Source: the human T2T-CHM13v2.0 reference genome, Homo sapiens. Taken from it: a stretch of 64,000 nucleotides of DNA. Below are positions 58,901 through 64,000 of the stretch, piece by piece. Position 1 is the first letter of the stretch; each line of letters starts with the position of its first letter. A program made the translations under genes and the position numbers. The notes under the pieces are model-generated. The model did not search any database. It worked only from the letters and a program-made list of their open reading frames with translations, and was not told the origin of the DNA. The stretch is from assembly GCF_009914755.1 (NCBI RefSeq), contig NC_060926.1; one strand, given 5' to 3'.

Positions 58901-59150
58901 TTCCCACTAACTTTTAATTTATAAAAAGCACAATATCTGTGAAGTGCAGTAAAGCCAAGTGTAATGAAATGAGGTGTTTATAGAATCATTTCAGTAAATT
59001 TAGTGAAAGAATTTGACAAAATAGACCAACATTTCATAATAAAAGCTGAGAAATCTAGAGCTTAGCAGGAATATCCTTAACCTGATTAAGTGCAGCTATG
59101 AAAAACTACAGCTAACATCAAACTCAATGGTGTTAATCTCAATGCTTTCT
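55955..59150 (+). mobile_element. Old L1M ORF2 fragment split by Tigger1
   Basis: aaattaccaatatcaggaatgaaagag...ggacccagatagcttc...aatcaatgtaat; resumes after 58981 with atttgacaaaat...gctatgaaaaactacagctaacatc. Confidence 0.8.
56572..58980 (-). mobile_element. Near full-length Tigger1 (pogo-like Tc1/mariner) with a decayed transposase
   Basis: Terminal repeat (c/t)aggcatacctc; about 2.4 kb; minus-strand ORFs 57781-58314, 57357-57560 and 56838-57344 give Tigger1/TIGD1-like peptides ([44 protein letters not shown]). Confidence 0.95.
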
Positions 59151-59174
59151 AGCATTCTAAATGTTCGGTATAAT

Positions 59175-59700
59175 TCAATTCTCCAAATATTAATTGAGCA
59201 GCTATTCTCTAGCAAAAGCTATTATAGAAATAGCTATTTAACAGTAAACAAGAAGACAGTTCTTCCTCTCTAGGAACTTATAGTTTAGTAAGAGAGAGAA
59301 ATAGGAAATTTCAATAAAGATATGATAACACTGTGAAGTCAGTAAATACATACAGGAAGCTATATATTCAAAGTGGAGGGGCCTCCACTACTGTCTTGCA
59401 ATCCAGGATTTATTCTGAAAGTGGGTTTCTGTACATTGAGATCTTAAGAATGGGAAGAAGTCATCCTGTGAAATGAGGGTAGATGCAAGAGACAGTATGC
59501 ACTGTTCATGGGACAGCAAATAGGTACTATATACGAACACAGTCATGGAGTGAAGAGAATCTCAACTGTGTTACAGAACACTTAGAAGAAAGGTTTTGCA
59601 CAAGGAGCATTAGGCTCAATCCAGTGGGAGATGACATTTGACTTCACATTTTTATAGAGATACTATGACTATTTTGATATAGCAATTTGTTTTTCATGAA
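59175..59700 (-). mobile_element. L2 fragment
   Basis: attaattgagcagcta...ttcctctctaggaacttatagtttagt. Confidence 0.55.
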
Positions 59701-60574
59701 TTACCTTGTCTGTGTTCTAAGTGATTTTTGTGCTTAACTACTGCATGTAGGTGGAATAACATTTCAAATAGTTAAAATTATATACACTTATCTAAAAAAC
59801 CGAGAGTAGGCAAATGACAATCTTCAAAATTTAGTGAACTAAATTTTTTAAGTGGTAACATGAAAGTCAACTTGCTCTACAGACCAATACATTTATATCT
59901 AGAGCAAAAATATTATCTAAAGCCATCAGCTATAATCCATAGTCATGTGGCTTTAGAACACTTAGAAGTTATAAAGAAGAGATACATTTCAATAACTGTT
60001 TATTTAATAAAATGGATAATATATCACAAAGGTATTATATGTCAGGCAGATGAAAAATATGAACAAGAAGCTTTCCCTATGCCTACCACAGAATTGACCT
60101 CACCTAGTCCCACAATCATTAGATGTTCTGAAGAACCTTTTATACACAGTATAATTATTGATGTTCTCACAAGAAGCCCAATTATAATAAAGCAAAATAC
60201 AGAAGTCTCTTGAATTATGACTTCTCAAATTTTGACTAAAATGAAACTAGTTTTTGAGTGTAGGATAGAAGGTAAGGTAAAAGTTTTCTAAGTGTTTCTT
60301 CTCCAAGATATACCAACCCAATTCCTTTTACCTATTAAGATGCTATGTACTACACACCACTTTATTACACTGTACTTTGGAAAGAGAATTTTTACGTTAC
60401 CATTTCCTTCTTTTTTAAGAATTTTTTTGTAGAAAAGTTTCTTGAATAGGAATAGTGTTCCAACTCTTCAGTGAATGTCAACAAGAAAGTCAATGGTTCA
60501 GCAATACGGTGGCTAAAAGAGTTTCATAAGACACTCTTCCTCTAAACTTTTTTATTTTAAAATCCATTTAGAAA

Positions 60575-61487
60575 GAGAAAATATTTCCAAAAGGGGACAG
60601 AATGTATAAGGAACTCAAACAACTCAACAACAAAAAATTCCCAAATAATCCCATTTAAAACTGGGCTAGGGCAATGAATAGACTATATTTTTAAAGAAGA
60701 CAAATGTCCAACAAGCATATGAAAAAATGTTCAACATCACTAATAATCAGATGAATGCAAATTAATATCACAATTAGATACCATCTTACACTAACGAGAA
60801 TGACTAATATTAAAAAGACAAAAAGTAACATGTTGGAGAGGATGTGGAAAGAAAGGAACTTAAAACACTGTTGGTGAGAATGTAAATTAGTACCACCTTT
60901 ATGGAAAACAGTATGGAGATTTCTCAAAGAACTAAAGAAGGAATGACCATATGATTCAGCAGTCTCACTACTTGGTATCTACCCAAAGGAAAAGAAAAAT
61001 CATTATATCAAAAAGATATCTGTACTTGTCTATTTATCACAGAACTATTCACAAAAGCAAAATATGAAATCAACCTAAGTGGCCATCAATGGATAACTGG
61101 ATAAAGAAAATGTGGTATATATACACAATGAAATACTATTCAGCCACAAAAAAAGAATAAAATCATGTCTTTTGCAGCAACACGGATGGAACTGGAGACC
61201 ATTATCCTAAGTGAAACAACTCAAACACAAAGACAAATACTAAACGTTCTCCTCATAAGTGGGAGCTAAATTATGTGTACACATTGAAGCAGTGTGTGGA
61301 ATGGTGGACAATGAAGACTTGAAAGGGTATGAGGGATGAGGAGGGGTGAATGATGGGAGGTTGCTTGGTGGGTACAAAGTGCATTACTCTAGTTATGGAT
61401 GCACTGAAGACTCTGACTTCATGACAGTGTAGTACATCAATGTAGCAAAATTGCACTTGTACCCATGAATATATACAAATAAAAAAG
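60575..61487 (+). mobile_element. L1PB-type (PB3/PB4) 3' end
   Basis: ORF2 C-terminal remnant and a 3' UTR ending aaaattgcacttgtacccatgaatatatacaaataaaaaa. Confidence 0.85.
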
Positions 61488-61726
61488 CTCATTTCCACAT
61501 AATCAACTCTAGCTCAACTGCTATTAAATTCACAGACCTTCTAAACAAAATCTGATTTGTCATTTCTCACAGTAAAGATTTTCTTTAGGCAAAAAGAAAA
61601 ACAAAACTTTTTTTAAATAAATACATTTAGAGCCTGAGAAGAACTTCTTTAACATTAAATCCTACCTTTAGTATCCAGACTCATACATAAGCTTTTTAAA
61701 AATTTTATTAATTTTTTCTTTTTTTA

Positions 61727-62255
61727 AATTTTTTATTTTATTGTTATTATACTTTAAGTTTTAGGGTACATGTGCACAATGTGCAAGTTAGTTACATATG
61801 TATACATGTGCCATGCTGGTGTGCTGCACCCATTTAGCATTATTTAGCATTTAGCATTAGGTATATCTCCTAATGCTATCCCTCCCCCCTCAACCCCACA
61901 AGATGGATTAAAGACTTAAACCTTAGACCTAAAACCATAAAAACCCTAGAAGAAAACCTAGGCATTACCATTCAGGACACAGGCATGGGCAAGGACTTCA
62001 TGTCTAAAACACCAAAAGCAACGGCAACAAAAGCCAAAATTGACCAATGGGATCTAATTCAACTAAAGAGCTTCTGCACAGCAAAAGAAACTACCATCAG
62101 AGTGAACAGGCAACCTACAAAATGGGAGAAAATTTTCGCAACCCACTCATCTGACAAAGGGCTAATATCCAGAATCTACAATGAACTCAAACACATTTAC
62201 AAGAAAAAAACAAACAACCCCATCAAAAAGTGGGTGAAGGACATGAACAGGCACT
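61727..62255 (-). mobile_element. 5'-inverted (twin-primed) L1PA3-like insertion
   Basis: Antisense tail and 3' UTR (61727-61897) joined to a plus-strand ORF2 piece (61898-62255); TSD ttttttcttttttta at 61712-61726 and 62256-62270. Confidence 0.9.
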
Positions 62256-62270
62256 TTTTTTCTTTTTTTA

Positions 62271-62893
62271 TACTTTTAAGTTCAGGGGTACATGTGCAGG
62301 TTTGTTACATAGGTAAACGTGTGTCATGGCAGTTTGTTGTGTACATCATTTCATCACCCAGGTATTAAGCCTAGTATCATTAGTTATTTTTCCTGATCCT
62401 CACCCTCCTCCTACCTTCCACCCTCTGATAGGCCCCAGTGTGTGTTAATTCCCTCTATGTGTCCATGTGTTCTCATAATTTAGCCCCACATATAAGTGAG
62501 AACATCAGGTATTTGGTTTTCTGTTCCTGCATTAGTTTGCTAAGATAATGGCCTTCAGCTCCATCCACGTTCCTTCAAAGAACATGATCTCATTCTTTTT
62601 CATGGGTGTATAATATTCCATGGTATATATGTGCCACCTTTTCTTTATCCTGTCTATCACGATGGGCATTTAGGTTGATTCTATGTCTTTGCTATTGCGA
62701 AAAGTGCTACAGTGAACATACATGTGCATGTATCTCTATAGTAGAATGATTTATATTCCTTTGGGTATATACCCAGTAATGGGGTTGCTGTGTCAAATCG
62801 TATTTCTGCCTTTAAGTCTTTGAGGTATCACCACGCTGTCTTCCACAATGGTTGAATTAATTTACAATCCCACCAACAGTATATAAGCGTTCT
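62271..62893 (-). mobile_element. L1PA13-like 3' end
   Basis: ttttaagttcaggggtacatgtgcaggtttgttacataggtaaac...tcatcacccaggtattaagcctagta. Confidence 0.85.
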
Positions 62894-63234
62894 TTAAATT
62901 CAATATAAACATTTTTTGGTGTGTATATATTATGAACCTACTTTGTGTAAAGTGATGGGTAACCATGAAGAGTAAATATTTACTTGGGTCTAGGTATTTT
63001 ACTATGATGAAAGTTTTACTCTTTCGCTTCAGCTAAGAAAGGCTCTTTCAGAGTGAGAAAAAAAGTATTTGTAAACATGTTTATCAAATGAAAGGACCCA
63101 ACAGGAATGCCTCAGGCGTCATGTGCAGCAGCAAAGTAGGCTATTCAGCAGTGGAGAAGTCATTTACTCAAGGAGGCCAAAAGCTGCCCTAGAAGTAGAG
63201 GATGCACTTTGGGGTCCAACAAAATGCACCAAAA

Positions 63235-63400
63235 TTGAACATGGACTCCATTCATAATTAGCATGTGATCTTGATCAAGCCACTTAACTCCTCTGAACCC
63301 TGGTATTTTTTAACATATAAAATGCACATTCCTAATTTTTAAGGATTTGTGAGAATTAAACGAGATTATTATAAAGCACATAGTAGGTGCTTATTAGGTC
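63235..63400 (+). mobile_element. MIR
   Basis: tgtgatcttgatcaagccacttaactcctctgaacc...tgtgagaattaaacgaga. Confidence 0.75.
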
Positions 63401-64000
63401 AGTCCTCTTGATGATATATACAAGTTCTATCAGGTTACTGCTTTTCCTCAATAATACAGAAAAAAGATAGAATATGAGGACAATTATATATACATAAACC
63501 CTAATAAAACTCCCTGGCTTACTCTTTCCAAAAAGATTAAGGAGAAGACGATGACCAAGAACACTCAACTGCCCAAGCTGATGCTGTAAAGCTCTACTTA
63601 CACAAAGACAACATAGAATTCCAACAGAAAAATAGAATTTATGTAGAAAACTGGGCTAAGACATACAGAAATTAAAACTCCTCACAAAAGAGAAGATAAA
63701 CACTGCCACAGTCTCTCTCTAAATGGGAAATGGATCATGTCTGAGAGAAAAGAGTCAGTGTGGCTTGACATCATTCTGGGGTATCCCTTGTCACAGCACT
63801 TTTAGAGGTAGCTCTCTGTGTTTCTCTTTAGATAGCTTTTTCTCTCATCTCAAGGACTTGTCTATACCTTCTTGAAAAAGTAAAGTAAAAGCTTAGACAC
63901 TTTCAGGAGCCAAGTAAGAAGTTAGAGCCTTCCACTACTTCAACAAGCATGGCAACAATGGACTTCAGGAATGGGATGTCTTCCACATCAGCACTGTCAA

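Overview
Primate (most likely human) AT-rich, CpG-poor genomic DNA; not microbial. The only host coding sequence I can support is a 53-nt coding exon on the minus strand (15651-15703). It encodes MDDHVTIRKKHLQRPIF(R) followed by a GTAAGT donor, which I recognise as the alternative first coding exon of PDE1A (the PDE1A1-type N-terminus of the Ca2+/calmodulin-stimulated phosphodiesterase). Positions 1-15650 are therefore intron downstream of this exon. Positions above about 16 kb are its upstream region and, from established PDE1A structure, intron of isoforms that start further upstream. The rest is interspersed repeats: L1s of many ages (one L1HS-like, one twin-primed inverted), Alus/FLAM, MIR, L2, THE1B/MST/MLT/ERV1 LTRs, a full-length Tigger1, a MADE1 and hAT MITEs. 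There is also a 3'-end retrocopy that I recognise from memory as IARS1. No RNA genes or CRISPR arrays are supported, and all long ORFs with recognisable homology are transposon-derived. I found no multi-gene novel system. The most interesting observations are a 60-codon in-frame uORF whose TAA directly abuts the PDE1A ATG, a cryptic acceptor that would turn this exon into a frame-symmetric poison cassette, an Alu apparently carrying its Pol III terminator, and several templated-repair scars. Repeat subfamily names come from recalled consensus sequences and were not computed; boundaries of old repeats are approximate.
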